Assembly: GCF_902713615.1 (NCBI RefSeq)
Contig: NW_024055461.1
Location: forward strand, 310,001 to 374,000
Direction: 5' to 3'
Length of the DNA: 64,000 nt
DNA from: Scyliorhinus canicula
Taxonomy: Eukaryota
A model generated the notes under the pieces. The model saw only the letters and a program-made list of their open reading frames with translations. It was not told the DNA's origin and did not search any database. Within the stretch, counting starts at the first letter, position 1. Every line of letters starts with the position of its first letter. This document shows, piece after piece, positions 46,201-59,560 of this stretch. A program made the position numbers and the translations under genes.

Positions 46201-46779
46201 ACACATATATGTATATAGATAGAGTTTCAGATTTATCAATGCGTTCAAACTATGCACAGTTTACACTTTAGTGGATTAAAACAGGGCAGTGGGAGTAAAT
46301 AAAAAAGTAAATTATTAAAATGTTATTAGAGTTTAGTAAAAGTAATATAAATATCTGAATATTTCCCTCAGTAATTTCCAATTTATTGTTTAACAATGTT
46401 GAAGTGTTGGGTTATTTTAATTTAACCCCAATTAATTCATAGGTTTCAAGTTAAAAGCAATGTTTGGATTATGGAAAACTATTTTTAGTTTTATTTATTA
46501 CATAAAACAAATCATCTGACAGAAGAACTAACTAACTGACAGTTGACAATAACTTGCAATGTAATATTAGTGCGAATTAATTCAGCATAATTAATCTCTT
46601 ACAATTGAGTTGTATACTGCTGTGCAACATATCAAAAATTTTAAAGAATTTAAATAGTATCTGAAATGAATTGAGGAAGCAACAAATTTGTTTACTTCGC
46701 TGTGTTCAGTTCAGTGTGTTACACCTTGATTACTTAGCTGATTTTATTTAATTATGAATGTAGATTATATCAGTGGGCA

Positions 46780-48520
46780 ATCTCTCACACATGCTCTCTC
46801 TCTCTTTCTCTCTCTCACTCCCACACACAATGTTACACACACGAAATGTGTCTCATATTTTCATTCTCTCTCGCAGTGTCTCTGCAACAGGAATACTCTC
46901 ACACGCACTCTCTCTCTCACACACATGTACACTATTTCTCTCTGCGTTTCACACATTAACTCTCGCTTACAGGTTCTCTCACACGCACATTATTTCGTAC
47001 ACGTCTCTCACACACACTCCCTCACACGCACTCTTATACAGTCTCTCCCTCTCACACAGACACACACTGTGACTATCGCTGTCTCTCACACACACTATGA
47101 CTATCGCTGTGTTAATTAACGCACAGACATGCATACATTCGCTTACACGTCTCTCACACGCAACAAAATAACTCACATACAAATACATACTCTCTCACGC
47201 ACACGAAAACACTCTCACAGACACGCTCTCTCAAATATACATGTCTCTTCCTCTCAAACACACGCCCACTGTCACATGCGCACTTCCTCACATGCTCTCT
47301 CAGACTCGCGTACTCACTCACACACCGCTACTATTTCCCTCTGACGCGCGTTTTCTCTACCTCTCACAGACATTCTTTCATATTCTATCTCTCTCCCTCC
47401 TTCTCTCTGACACACACATTATCTCTCTCTCACATGCACGCCCTCTTTCACAAAATCTCTCAAATATATCTCCTCTCTCACACACACGTAAACTCGCTCA
47501 CGCAAAACACTCTCTCATGCATACATTATTTCTCTCTCCCTCTCACATACACCTTCTCTCTATTTGAAACACAGTCTGAAGCACACACACACACTCTCTC
47601 TCTCACTCACACATACATACACAATTGCTTTTCAAGCACAGATAGCCCCTATCTCACACAATCTTCCTGACACACTGCCTCGCACACACATGGACACACA
47701 CTCGCAAACACCGATCTCTCATTTCTCTCTCTCTACCAAGATTCCTCTCGCACACGCATACACAAACCATCATGTCTCTCTCACAGCCACATTTCCTCAC
47801 ATGCTTTCTTTCTCTCCCATGAACACTGTCACATGCTCTCTCTCCATCCCTCCCTCTCTCTCACCCACAAACACAATCTCTTTCACACACGCACTCTCTC
47901 ACACAGTCTCTTACACACACATACTTCTTTTCTCACACTCGCGCACATACACACTCGCACATAGAATCTCGCACTCACACAACCTATATATTTATCATAC
48001 TCCCTCAATTGCACACCCTCTCTCACACAAATAAATACTCTCCGACATAATGTATCTCTCAAACTCATTATCTCACTCAAACACACGCACGCACTTAAGC
48101 ATACACTCTCTCACACATTCTCTATCAGACACACACACAATCGAGATCTCCCATGAACACAAATGGGCTCTCTTTCATAGACATACTCTCATATTCTCTC
48201 TACTCACCCACATTTTCTCACACACGCTATCTCTATCACACGCACACACTCCCTTTTGCACACTGTCTCACACAAACACATTGCCTCTTTGCCGTATTCA
48301 CGCACACATACCTGTCACTTACACACATCCATTCGGACACACTCTCATGCAGAAACTGTCTCTCGTGCACACTATTCCACTCTCACATACACATTTTTCA
48401 CAGACACATACACACATACTTTCTCTCCACACATGCACGCACTCTCTCTCACGTGCAGTCTCTCGGAAGCACAGGCACAAACAGGCACACACACACTTAC
48501 TCTGACCTAAACTCATACTC
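46780..48520. repeat. Degenerate (CT/CA)n simple-sequence tract
   Basis: Continuous ctctcacacac-type low complexity. Confidence 0.9.
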
Positions 48521-48869
48521 CCTCTCAGGGGAGACTGACTGGCCTGAACTCCAGGCATACTTTTAACGAGTGTTGCATCAAAGAGCATGGTAGCAGTGTT
48601 GCTTCACAGCGCCAAGGTCCCAAGTTCGATTCCCGGCTTGGCTCACTGTCTGTGCGGAGTCTGAGTCTGCATGTTCTCCCCGTGTCTGTGTGGGTTTCCT
48701 CTGGGTCCTCCTGTTTCCTCCCACAAGTCCCGAAAGAAGTGCTGTTAGGTGATTTGGACATTCTGAATTCTCCCTCTGTGTACCCGAACAGGCACCAGAA
48801 TGTGGCGACGAGGGGCTTTTCACAGAACCTTCATTGCAGTGTTAACGTAAGCCTACTTGTGGCAATAAA

Positions 48870-49740
48870 GGTCATGGGAAAATAACTGCATTCAAGGGGG
48901 ATCAGGGAGAACACTGCACTGGTGGAATCACACCTGGCAGAAAGGAAGATGGTTGGGTTGTTGGAGGACAATCATCCAAGACATCATTGCAGCAGTTCCT
49001 CAGTGCAGTGTCCTGGGCCCTAGCATCTTCCACTGCGTCACCAATGACCTTCCTTCCGTTATCCGATCAGAAGTGGGGATCTTCGTTGATGAATGCACGA
49101 TGTTCAGCACCATTTTCGACTCTGCAGATAATGAAGCAGTCCATGTCCAAATGCAACAAGCCGATATCATTCGTTGGGCTGAAAAGTGGGAAGATTTGCG
49201 TCACACAAGTGCCAGTCAATGGCTATGTTCGACAAGAAAGGATCTAACCAAAACCCATTGACATTCAATAGCATTTCCATCGCTGAAATACCACTATCAA
49301 CACCCTGGGAGTTAAGATTGACCAGAAACTGAGCAGGTCAGAAGCTAGGAATCCTGTGGAGCAAAACTCACTTTCTGATACCCGAAAGCATGTCCACCAT
49401 CTGCAAGGTGCTATTCAGGAGTGTGGTGGAATACTCTCTACTAGCCTGGAGAAGGGTAATCCCAATAGCATTCAAGCCGCTCAAAATCATCCAGGACACA
49501 ATAGCCTGTTTGATTCGCAAGCCGTTAACAGGTATTCACTCCCGCCACGACTGACGAACAGTGGCTGCAGTGTGTACCATCTGCAACATGCACTGCAGAA
49601 ACTCATTAAGGCTTCTTGGGCAGTGCTTTCCCAGCCCACGACACCTACCATCTCAACAAGGACAACAGATATATTGCAGCACAATCTCCTGGAAATTCAC
49701 CTCCAAGCCACCCATCCTGACTCAGATATACATCACCGTC
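48870..49740 (+). mobile_element. Decayed CR1/L2-type LINE RT fragment
   Basis: VPQCSVLGPSIFHCVTNDLP...IFVDECT; same family as 7690-9326. Confidence 0.65.
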
Positions 49741-50470
49741 CCTCACTGTCGCTGAGGGGCTGGTTTAGCTCACTGGGCTAAATCGCTGGCTTTTAAAGCA
49801 GACCAAGCAGGCCAGCAGCACAGTTCGATCCCCGTACCAGCCTCCCCGGACAGGCGACGGAATGTGGTGACTAGGGGCTTTTCACAGTAACTTCATTTGT
49901 AGCCTACTCGTGACAATAAGCGATTTTCATTTTTTTTCATTTCAACTTCCTGGAACTGCCTCCCGAACAGGATGTTTGGTATGACCACACCACAGGCGCT
50001 GCACTGGTCGAAGGCAGTTGATTTCAGACTTCTCAGGGTCAATTAGGGATGGGAAATATATCCTGGGCTAGCCAGAGAGGCCTACATCACAAAACTGAAC
50101 ATTTGAAAACATTTTCTCTCTGACACAATATTACAATTATTTTTTGGGCTGAAAATACCCATTTGCAAAGCAAATGCATGAAGCTGCAGGAATCGTTATT
50201 GTTCCAGTGTTAATGGTTCTGTGCAAAATGAAATTACACCCGTATATATAGGGAGAAACTCCATGTGTTGCACCGGACACAAAAACACAACAAATAACCA
50301 GGGAACGAGCCGAAACCACGGTCCCAAGGGTCGCCAAAAATGGTGTAAACTTGGTGCAAAATGTTTGTGCAGCCCATTTCTTGTATCTTTTCCTTCCAGC
50401 CGCCTCAGATATCTTGTTTGTGCACCAAACCGGATTTCTTAAAGAAAGGCACCAGCATTAAACCAGTTCG

Positions 50471-50780
50471 CCAGTGATCTACACTGCTGTCTGACTGTAC
50501 ACAGCCGGTGTTACTGAAAGTATTAAAGCAGCTGCCCAGTGATCTACACTGCTGTCTGACTGTACACAGCCGGTGTTACTGAAAGCATTAAAGCAGCTGC
50601 CCAGTGATCTACACTGCTGTCTGACTGTACACAGCCGGTGTTACTGAAAGTATTAAAGCAGCTGCCCAGTGATCTACACTTCTGTCTGACTGTATACAGC
50701 CGGTGTTACTGACAGTATTAAAGCAGGTGCCCAGTGATCTACACTGCTGTCTGACTGTACACAGCCCGTGTTACTGAAAG
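50471..50780. repeat. 65-bp minisatellite, about 4.8 units
   Basis: ccagtgatctacactgctgtctgactgtacacagccggtgttactgaaagtattaaagcagctgc starts at 50471, 50536, 50601, 50666 and 50731. Confidence 0.9.
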
Positions 50781-50984
50781 CTGATCAATGTGGAGAATCA
50801 GGACAGGATCGATGGAGAGGAAGAGGGGGAGGTGGGGGTGGTGGAGTCGAATGGAGGAGCCCCCAGCTCGGCTGTGGACAACAGGCAACAGAGAGCTGAG
50901 CCTGTACGAAATATCATCCGGAGAAATACCGTCTGGGAGAGTGTGTCAGGGAGTGTGGCTGGGAGCACCTGGGAATGATCACTT

Positions 50985-53535
50985 ACTCACATTCACTCGC
51001 TCGCTCTCACTACCTATTCTCACTCATTCACTTACCCTCCCTCACTCACCATACTCTCGGTCACTCATTGACCCTCTCTCCCCCAACCTCACACCCACCC
51101 TCACTCACATACCCTCACACCCACCTTCACTCACCCACCCTCACTCATCCACCCTCATTGCCTGTCCCACCCTCACTCACCACCCTCTCTGATCCACCGT
51201 CACACCAAACCTCACTCACTCTTGAACACTCACTCAACCGTACTCACACTTATGCATGCTCACTCACCCACCCTCCCTGACACACTCGCACTCACCCACC
51301 CTCCCTGACACACTCGCACTCACTCACCCTCCCTGACACACTCTAATTCACCCACCCTCCCGGACACACACACATCACCCACACTCCCTGACACACTCTC
51401 ACTCACACACCCTCCCTGACACACACACACACTCACCAACCTTTCCTGACACACTCTCACTCACCCACCCTCACTCGCACACCCTCATACATACACTCAT
51501 CCTCATTCAACATCACTCACCCTTATTGTCTTACCCTTACTCCCCCAAACTCACTTATTCACACACTCTCACTCACCCTCCCTCACTCACCCACCTTGAT
51601 TCACTCACCCTCACTCACTCATCCTGAAACACCCACCCACCCTCATCCATCATCACTCACCTACCCTCACAACCACCCTCACTCACCTACTCTTACTTAC
51701 CCACCCTCACTCACCCACCCTCCCTGATCCACCGTCACACCAAACCTCACTCACTCTTGAACACTACTCAACCGTACTCACACTTACGCACGCTCACTCA
51801 CCCACCCTCCCTGACACACTCCTACTCACCCACCCTCCCTGACACACTTTGACTACTCACCCTGACACACTCTCACTCACCCACCCTCCCTGACACACTC
51901 TCATTCACCCACCCTCCCAGACATACACACTATCACTCACCCACCCTCCCTGACACACTCTCACTCACCCACCCTCCCTTACACACTCTCACTCACCCAC
52001 CCTCCCTGGCACACCTTCACTCACCCACCCTTACTCACCCACCCTCACTCACCCACCCTCCCTGACACACACACACATCCACGCCCCCGACACACTCTCT
52101 CTCACCCACCCTCCCTGGCACACTCTCACTCACACACCCTCCCTGACACACTCTCACTCACCCACCCTCACTCGCACATCCTCATCCACCATCACTCACC
52201 CTTATTGTCTTACCCTTACTCCCCCAACCTCACTCTCATTCACACACTCTCACTCACTCTCCCTCACTCACCCACCTTGATTCACTACCTTCACTCACTC
52301 ACCCACCCTCACTTATTCTCACACACCCTCATTCAATAATCCACACTCACTCACACATTCTCACTCATCCTCATCGAACTACCATCACCCACACTCACTC
52401 ACCCTCTAAGTCATCATCACTCCCCCTGTCCTCCCTCACACGTCTACCCTGACATATTTCACCCTCACTCACATAGCCTCACTCATTCACTCTCACTTAC
52501 AAAGACTCGCACCTACCCTCTTTCACGCGCCTTCACTCACAGAATCTCACTCACACACCCTCACTCACAGTCATACACCCTTACTCAGCCACCCTCACCG
52601 GACGCACTAACTATCACTCACCCTCATTTATTAACTCACCCTCACTCACCCTCACTCACCTACACTCACTCTCTCACTCTCATTCACGCACCCTAATTTA
52701 CCCTCGCTCACCCCCCACACTCATTCACTCACACACCCATCCCCTCACTCACACTCAATCAACCACCATCACTCACACACCCTCACTCACCCACCCACTA
52801 ATTCTCAATGATGCACCTCGCTCACTTAGACACTCCCATTCACCCTCACTCACCCGCACTCACTCATTCATCCTTCCTCATTCACCTTCCCTCATTCACC
52901 CTCACTCACCCAACCTCACGCACCCACACTCACTGACTCCCCCTCATTCATTCACCACTCAATTCACTCGCCGGCAGTCAACCCCCTCACTCACCCACCT
53001 CACACCCACCCTCAGTCACCCACCCTCACTCTCTCACCCTCACTCACTCACCCTCACTCATGCTCACTACAGAATCTCACTCACCCAGCATCACTCATTT
53101 TCTGCGTCTCACTCACTCTCTCTCACCCACCCTGACTGATTCTTCCTCGGTGACACAGCGTCACCCATTTACCCTCACTCAGTCAGTCACCCTGATCTGC
53201 CACTCATCAACACTCATATATCCTCAATCACCAAACTCACTCACCCACACTCACTCTCCTACCCTCACTCAGTTGCTCACTCATCCTCTCTCACTCTCCT
53301 ACCCTCACTCAGTTACTCACTCACCCGCACTCACTCTCCTACCCTCACTCAGTTACTCACTCTCCCACACTCACTCTCCTACCCTCACTCAGTTACTCAC
53401 TCACCCGCACTCACTCTCCTACCCTCACTCAGTTGCTCACTCACCCGCACTCACTCTCCTACCCTCATTCAGTTACTCACTCACCCACACTCACTCTCCT
53501 ACCCTCACTCAGTTACTCACTCATCCTCTCTCACT
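50985..53535. repeat. C-rich (cactcacccaccct-type) simple repeat
   Basis: About 2.5 kb with very little G on the + strand. Confidence 0.9.
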
Positions 53536-53639
53536 CATGCTCAGGAAATGGGCAAGGGAGCGTCTGCAGCGAGAGAGGAATAGAGAACTGGGGCGAAACT
53601 GATGATGATGGCGGCCGAATGTGGCTGCAAAACACGGGA

Positions 53640-54600
53640 TTGCCGGGAGCCGGAGGAAAGTGTAGACAGCTGGGGGAAGGAGCAGAGAGCTGGGGCAAAG
53701 TGTAGACAGCCGGAGGAAAGTGTAGAGAGCCGGAAGAAAGGCGCCGGAGCCAAGAGAAGGCGCCGGGGCGAGGGAGAAGAGCAAAGAGGCGGCGAAAAGA
53801 CAAAGTTGGGGGGGAAAGCACAGAGATGTAGCGGAAAGGGCTGAGATTCGGGGGAACGCACAGAGAACTGGAAAGAATCAGAGAGAGCAAGGGAAAGGTG
53901 CAGGCAGAGAGCTGGGGGAGGGAGCAGAGAGCCGGGGGGTGGGGGGGGGGGGGGTGCAGGGAGCCGGGGGAAGGTGCATAGAGCCTGGGGAAGGAGCAGA
54001 GAGCCGAGGGAAGGCGCAGAGAGCCGAGGGAAGGCGCAGAGAGCCGGGGGGGGGAGGCGCAGAGAGCCTGGGGAAGGAGCAGAGAGCCGAGGGAAGGCGC
54101 AGAGAGCCGGGGGGAGGCGCAGAGAGCCGGGGGAAGGGGCAGGGAGCCGGGGGAAGGGGCAGAGAGCCGGGGAGAGGAGCAGATATCCGGGGTAAGGAGC
54201 TCAGAGCCGGGAGAAGTGTAGAGAGCCGGGAGAGTGCATAGAACCGGAAGAAAGTCCATGGAGTGGGCGATAAGCGATAAGAAACGGGGTAAAGCGCACA
54301 GTGCTGGCGAAAAGCTCAAAGGGCCGCAGAAAGTGCCAGGGACCGGGAAAAGCCCAAATAACTGGGAAAGGTGCAGCGCACATGGGCAAAACACAAAGAG
54401 CCGGAAAAAAATGCAGAGTCGAGGGAAATTGCAGAGAACCGTGGAAAAGAGTAGAGAGCCGTGGAAAAGAGCAGAGAACTGCAAGAAAGTGAAGGGAGCG
54501 GGCGAATGGTGCAGAGATCCACCGGGAACCGCAGAGAGATGGGGGAACACACAGGGAGCGCGGAGTGCGGGGGGATTGCAGACAGCCCGGTCAGTGACAG
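53640..54600. repeat. G/A-rich repeat (~20-bp gcagagagccg(a/g)gggaagg unit) with G-runs
   Basis: Most regular at about 53890-54240; G-run of about 15 at about 53941. Confidence 0.85.
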
Positions 54601-54942
54601 GAGGAATGTGGAGTTAACATCACAATCAGCACAGCCAGGATCTTATTGAATGAGGGAGGAGGCTCGACGGACCGAATGGCCGCCTCCCGCTGTTAATGTG
54701 CATGGTCCTAAAATTAGAGAATGTTGCGCTTACTCAAATTTAGAGATTTGTTGTAATTACATAAATGTGCATTCCGACGGTATTATTCAAGCAAAGTCAC
54801 TAACTATTCGATGCTTTGGGTAGTGGTGGTAGTGACTTGGAGAGAGGAGGAGGCATCAGTCAGTTTGAACAAAGGGAATTTCCCAAAACTGCGATGGTAC
54901 AAATGAAGAGACAACTTCTTTATCACAAAGTGCTGTTGATGG

Positions 54943-55105
54943 TGACGTACAGAGCTCAGTTAGCTGGATTGTGACGTACACAGCTCAGTTAGCTCGATTG
55001 TGACGTGCACAGCTCAGTCTGCTGGATTGTGACGTACACAGTTCAGTTAGCTGGATTGTGACGTACACAGCTCAGTTAGTTGGATTGTGACGTACACAGC
55101 TCAGT
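54943..55105. repeat. 29-bp tandem repeat, 6 units, fused to the head of a tRNA-derived SINE (about 55098-55310)
   Basis: TGACGT anchors at 54943, 54972, 55001, 55030, 55059 and 55088; unit GTGACGTACACAGCTCAGTTAGCTGGATT. Confidence 0.9.
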
Positions 55106-55604
55106 TCGCTGGGCGGCTGGTTCGTGATAAAGATCAATCCCAACAGCGCGGGTCCAATTGTGGTACCGGTGAGGTTGTTCAAAAATACCCCCATTCTCAA
55201 CTTTGCCCCTCGGCTGATGTGTGGTGACCCTCAGGTTAAATCACCACCAGTCAGCTTTCAGAACGAGAGCAGTCTCCGGGATTATGGCGACATTTACATT
55301 TTATTTTACATGGTGCCGAAATAATGGGGGAAACTCTCTGCTCCTCTCTTTCAATCCAATGAAAGTTACACCATTCAGATTACATCAAAGTGTGTTTTTT
55401 TTCGATAGAGATGGAGAGAGATGTGAGTTTCTAAAGAGGGGACAAAAAGTAGGTGATTCCCAACGATAGAACTGATAGAAGATTCAATGTGGATGTAGGA
55501 TTTAATCGGTGAATGTTAGGATAAACTCATAGTTCTTGTCAAATTATGAAATGTTTGGTTACTTATAAATCACGAATACCAGAATCTAACTTGTTCTCTC
55601 CCAG

Positions 55605-55904
55605 CGGCACCGTCTCCGCCCACTCTCTACAGCCTGGTCTCCTCCTGTCAGCAACACAACACCGACGGCTCCGTGACCTACGGCTGTTTGGCGATGGACT
55701 ACTCCCCAGAAATCACCAGCCTTACCTGGAAGAAAGATGGGCAGCTGATCACCACTGGAGTTAAGAAATATCCGTCAGTGAGAAACAAGAAGGGAATCTA
55801 CACCCTGAGCAGCCAGTTAACCATCACCGAGTCAGAGGGGGGATGCAGCAAAATCAGCTGCGAGGTTCGACATAGCGGCTCAGACAAGAGCATTGGAATG
55901 ACAT
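55605..55904 (+). CDS. IGHM: IgM constant exon CH1
   Basis: Acceptor ttctctcccag; (T)[14 protein letters not shown]...[10 protein letters not shown]...WKKDG...YTLSSQL...ISCEVRH; donor GTAAGT; phase 1 at both ends, in frame with J. Confidence 0.95.
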
Positions 55905-56185
55905 GTAAGTGTTGTGGAGTCTGTGAGAAACAGAAACCTATGATTATCTTGTATAGGGTCTTGGATACAACTCATTTGTAATACTCTGCATAGTCCTGAT
56001 CCCTGGCGCCGGAATGTGGCGACTAGGGGTTTTTCACAGTAACTTCATTTGAAGCCTACTCGTGACAATAAGCGATTTTCATTTCATTTCATTTCATTAT
56101 TGACTACAAACGTTTTTTAAAGCATATGAACTCATTTTGTTTATCAATTTCTTCTGCAAGAAATATCTAATTGTGTTTCTTGAAG

Positions 56186-56494
56186 GTCCCAGAATTTATG
56201 CTCCAAATGTTCTCCTCACCGTGAGTTCCAGTGAAGAAATCACAAGAAAGAAATTTGCAACCATGGTCTGTTCAATTAACGATTTCCGTCCAAAGTCAAT
56301 GACAACGAAGTGGCTGAAGAATGGACAACCCATGGGTTCAGGAATTCTCACCTCTCCCGCCTGTGAAGTGAACGGGAACTTCTCGGCGAGCAGTCGGCTG
56401 ACACTCTCCGCTGGGGAATGGTTCAGCAAAGCGGTCTATACCTGCCAGGTCACTCATCAAGAGGTCACCCAAAGTCACAACGTCACCGCGTCTG
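56186..56494 (+). CDS. IGHM: IgM constant exon CH2
   Basis: (C)[10 protein letters not shown]...[11 protein letters not shown]...WLKNG...FSASSRL...YTCQVTH; donor GTAAGA. Confidence 0.95.
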
Positions 56495-57120
56495 GTAAGA
56501 GGCACAAACAGAGGAAACAATAAATCATCCTGCACTCTGTTGTTAATCCAAATCAGGAATTTACTGAAGTTAGTGCAAAGCACAGAATAACTTCTAATTT
56601 ACTGGCATGTAGTTTGTGTTTCATTCTGATGTAAGAGATGCATTTGGATTGCTCACCATTCAGGATTTGATCAGTATAGAAATAAATGTTTCCTCTAATT
56701 TGAATTCATTTAGTAAGTGAGGTGGACTTGATGTCAGCTTTATCCTGAGATAGCTGATTATATTTGAGAGGCAGTGGGTGTCTGGAACCACTTTACTGAA
56801 ATCAGCTCGGGACGAAAGTGTTGCAAAGTCCATCCAACTTATTTATAAATCAGCCTTCGGTATTAGGTTTCTGAGATCAGGACTATAATATTTGTATTGG
56901 GAATGCTGCAATACTGATTCATGAGAATGGTATCGGGGTTGACTGTATTTTACAATGAGAATAGTTTATTCTGACCAAACTGGTTTTCCATTGTGTATAG
57001 AAGATTAACGGCGATCTTTAGAAGTTGCTTTGTTCCCAGTTGGAGAGCGAATGCTGAATTTTGTTGTCCTCATTCTGAAGATGAAAGTTGTGTTCATTTC
57101 CACTTTTTTTTCAATCACAG

Positions 57121-57429
57121 ATCCTTCCGTTTGCACTGTTGCCTCAGTAACAATACTGCCACCGCCAATAGAACAGGTCTTACTGGAGGCGACTGTAACC
57201 TTAACCTGCGTCATTTCGAATGCTCCTTATGGAGTCAACGTGTCCTGGAGTGAAGCGAAGAAGCCGCTGAAATCAAAGATTGCCGACCAGCCTGGGGCAG
57301 ATACTGAGAGCGTGGTCAGCAAATTAAACATCTCGACACAAGCCTGGCTGAGTGGGGCTGTGTTTGACTGTGTGGCGAGCCATCAGGACCTGCCAACTCC
57401 TTTAAGAATTTCAATTCACAAAAAAATAG
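57121..57429 (+). CDS. IGHM: IgM constant exon CH3
   Basis: (D)[29 protein letters not shown]...VSW...[19 protein letters not shown]; donor GTGAGC. Confidence 0.95.
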
Positions 57430-58430
57430 GTGAGCGGTGAGACTGAAGCAATAAGTGAGTCACTGTGTCTATTTCTAGTGTCAGTGCAGCGGTCAGTATT
57501 TAGCATTCAGTGTATTTATGGTCCATACTGATTGGTAATTCCACTAACGAAATACTCTGGGCGTTTAGCGTTTAAGGGGGAAATAGATATGCAGATGAAT
57601 GAACAATGAAACCCAACAGTGATATTGGGTTTAGATGGAGCAAGACCATAGACCAGAAGACTTAGGATCAGATGTAGGCCATTGGGCCCATCAACACTGA
57701 TCCAGCCTTCAGTGAGATCCTGACTGATCTGCTGTGATGATCTTACCTCCTCTTTCCCGCCTTATCCCCATATCGCTTGACGTCTTTACTCATTTAAAAT
57801 GTGTCTCTCTCAACCTTGAACATACTGAACAACCCAGAATCTACAGCCCCCAGCGTTAAATAATTCCACAGCTTCACTACCCTCTGAGAGAGGAAATTCC
57901 TTCTCATCTCTGTGTTAATGGGCGAACCCTCATTTTGTGATCCTGCACTCTGCTCCTAGACCCTCCCACAGGGGAAAACAACCCATCAGCGTTTATCCTA
58001 CGAAGCTCCCTGAGAATCTAAATGAAAATCACTTATTGTCACGAGTAGGCTTCAATGAAGTTACTGTGAAAAGCCCCTTCTCGCCACATTCCGGCACTTG
58101 TTCGGGGAGGCTGTTACGGGAATCGAACCATGAACCATGATCGAAGGCCTGCTTTGATCTGCTTTCAAAGCCAGCGATTTAGCCCAGTGGGCTAAACAGC
58201 CCCCATTAGTACAGGCCCAACCTTAATACCCTCTCCCCATAAGAAAATCCCTCCATACTCGGGATCAACCTCATGATCCTTCTCTGGACTGCCTTCAAAA
58301 CCAATCTGTCTTCCTTAGATAAGGGAAACAAAACTATTCAAAGTGTATCAGGTGTAGTCTAACTAAATAATAATAATGATGTGGAGATGCCGGCGTTGGA
58401 CTGGGGTGAGCACATTAAGAAGTCTGCCAG

Positions 58431-58564
58431 CACCAGGTTAAAGTCTAACAGATTTGTTTCAAACACTAGCTTTCGGAACACTGCTCCTTCCTCAAGTGAA
58501 TGAGGAAGGAGCAGTTCTCCGAAAGCTAGTGTTTGAAACAAACTTGTTGGACTTTAACCTGGTG
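58431..58564. repeat. Long inverted repeat (64-bp arms, 6-nt loop) in a Penelope-type non-autonomous element
   Basis: caccaggttaaagtctaaca...ccttcctca, loop agtgaa, then tgaggaagg...tgttggactttaacctggtg. Confidence 0.8.
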
Positions 58565-59560
58565 CTGTAAAAATAATAATCGCTATTGTCACAAGTAGGC
58601 TTCAATGAAGTTACTGTGAAAAGCCCCCAGTCGCCACATTCTGGCACCTGTTTGGGGAGGCCTGTACGGGAAGGCCTTGCATAGTTTTAGCTCGACTTTC
58701 CCATGTTTATATTCTATTCCCTATGAAATAAATGTCAACATTCGATTTGTCTTCCATATTACCTGCAGAACTTGCGTTTTGTGGTTTCAGCACGAGGACC
58801 CCCAATTCCCCCGTTACTTCAGCTTTCTGCAGGCTTTCTCTATCTAAATAATATTCCGTTATGTTCTTCCTCCTACCAAAGTGGCTAACCTCACATTTTC
58901 GAATATTATGTTCCATCTGCGAAGTTTTTGCTCAGTAACTTAAGCTGTCTCTGTCCCTCTCTCGATTTTCTGTAATCCTCACCATTTTCTATATTTGTAT
59001 CTCCAGCCATGGCAATAGTACATCCACTTATTAAACACAGTTTTAAAATTCCTGTATATTACATCTACTGGTCCCCCTCTCTAGCCTTCTCGTTATCACC
59101 TCAAAGAATTGCAATAAATTGTCAGGCATGATTTACCCTTCACGAAGCCGTGCAGACCCTGCTTGATTATATTCTGTCTGCTTAAATGCTCAGCTAATAA
59201 GGTCGCTGGCCTATAGTGCCCTGTTTTTGACTCCCTTCCTTTTGGCAGTTTTCCAATCCTCTGGGAGTGAGGTGGGAGGAGCCTAGTGTGGAGTTTATAC
59301 ACCAGCACAGAACAGTTGGGCCGAATGGCCTGTTTCCCTGCTGTACACTTTCTGAAACTTTCGAATCCAATATCCGTAAATTCTCAGGGAAAAGGATTGT
59401 GTCCACCTCTGCTCCGAGCTGGGAAACCGGACAGATCCCAAAGTGGAAAATGGAAACCTTTAAAATCCAACACAAAACACATTTCTCTCACATCTAACCC
59501 GCGGTTCGATTGTCTCCGGAATTCCCCATTTTATTGACATTTATTGTACATTTTCTGCAG

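Noticed and set aside
50790-50978. 62-aa acidic ORF (MENQDRIDGEEE...) in the J-C intron
   Set aside because: It has a GTG start, is short, is wedged between two repeats and has no recognisable homology or splice support.
53531-54550. 339-aa minus-strand ORF
   Set aside because: It is the translation of the G/A-rich repeat (PPALCASPRLSAPS repeats), with no domain signature.
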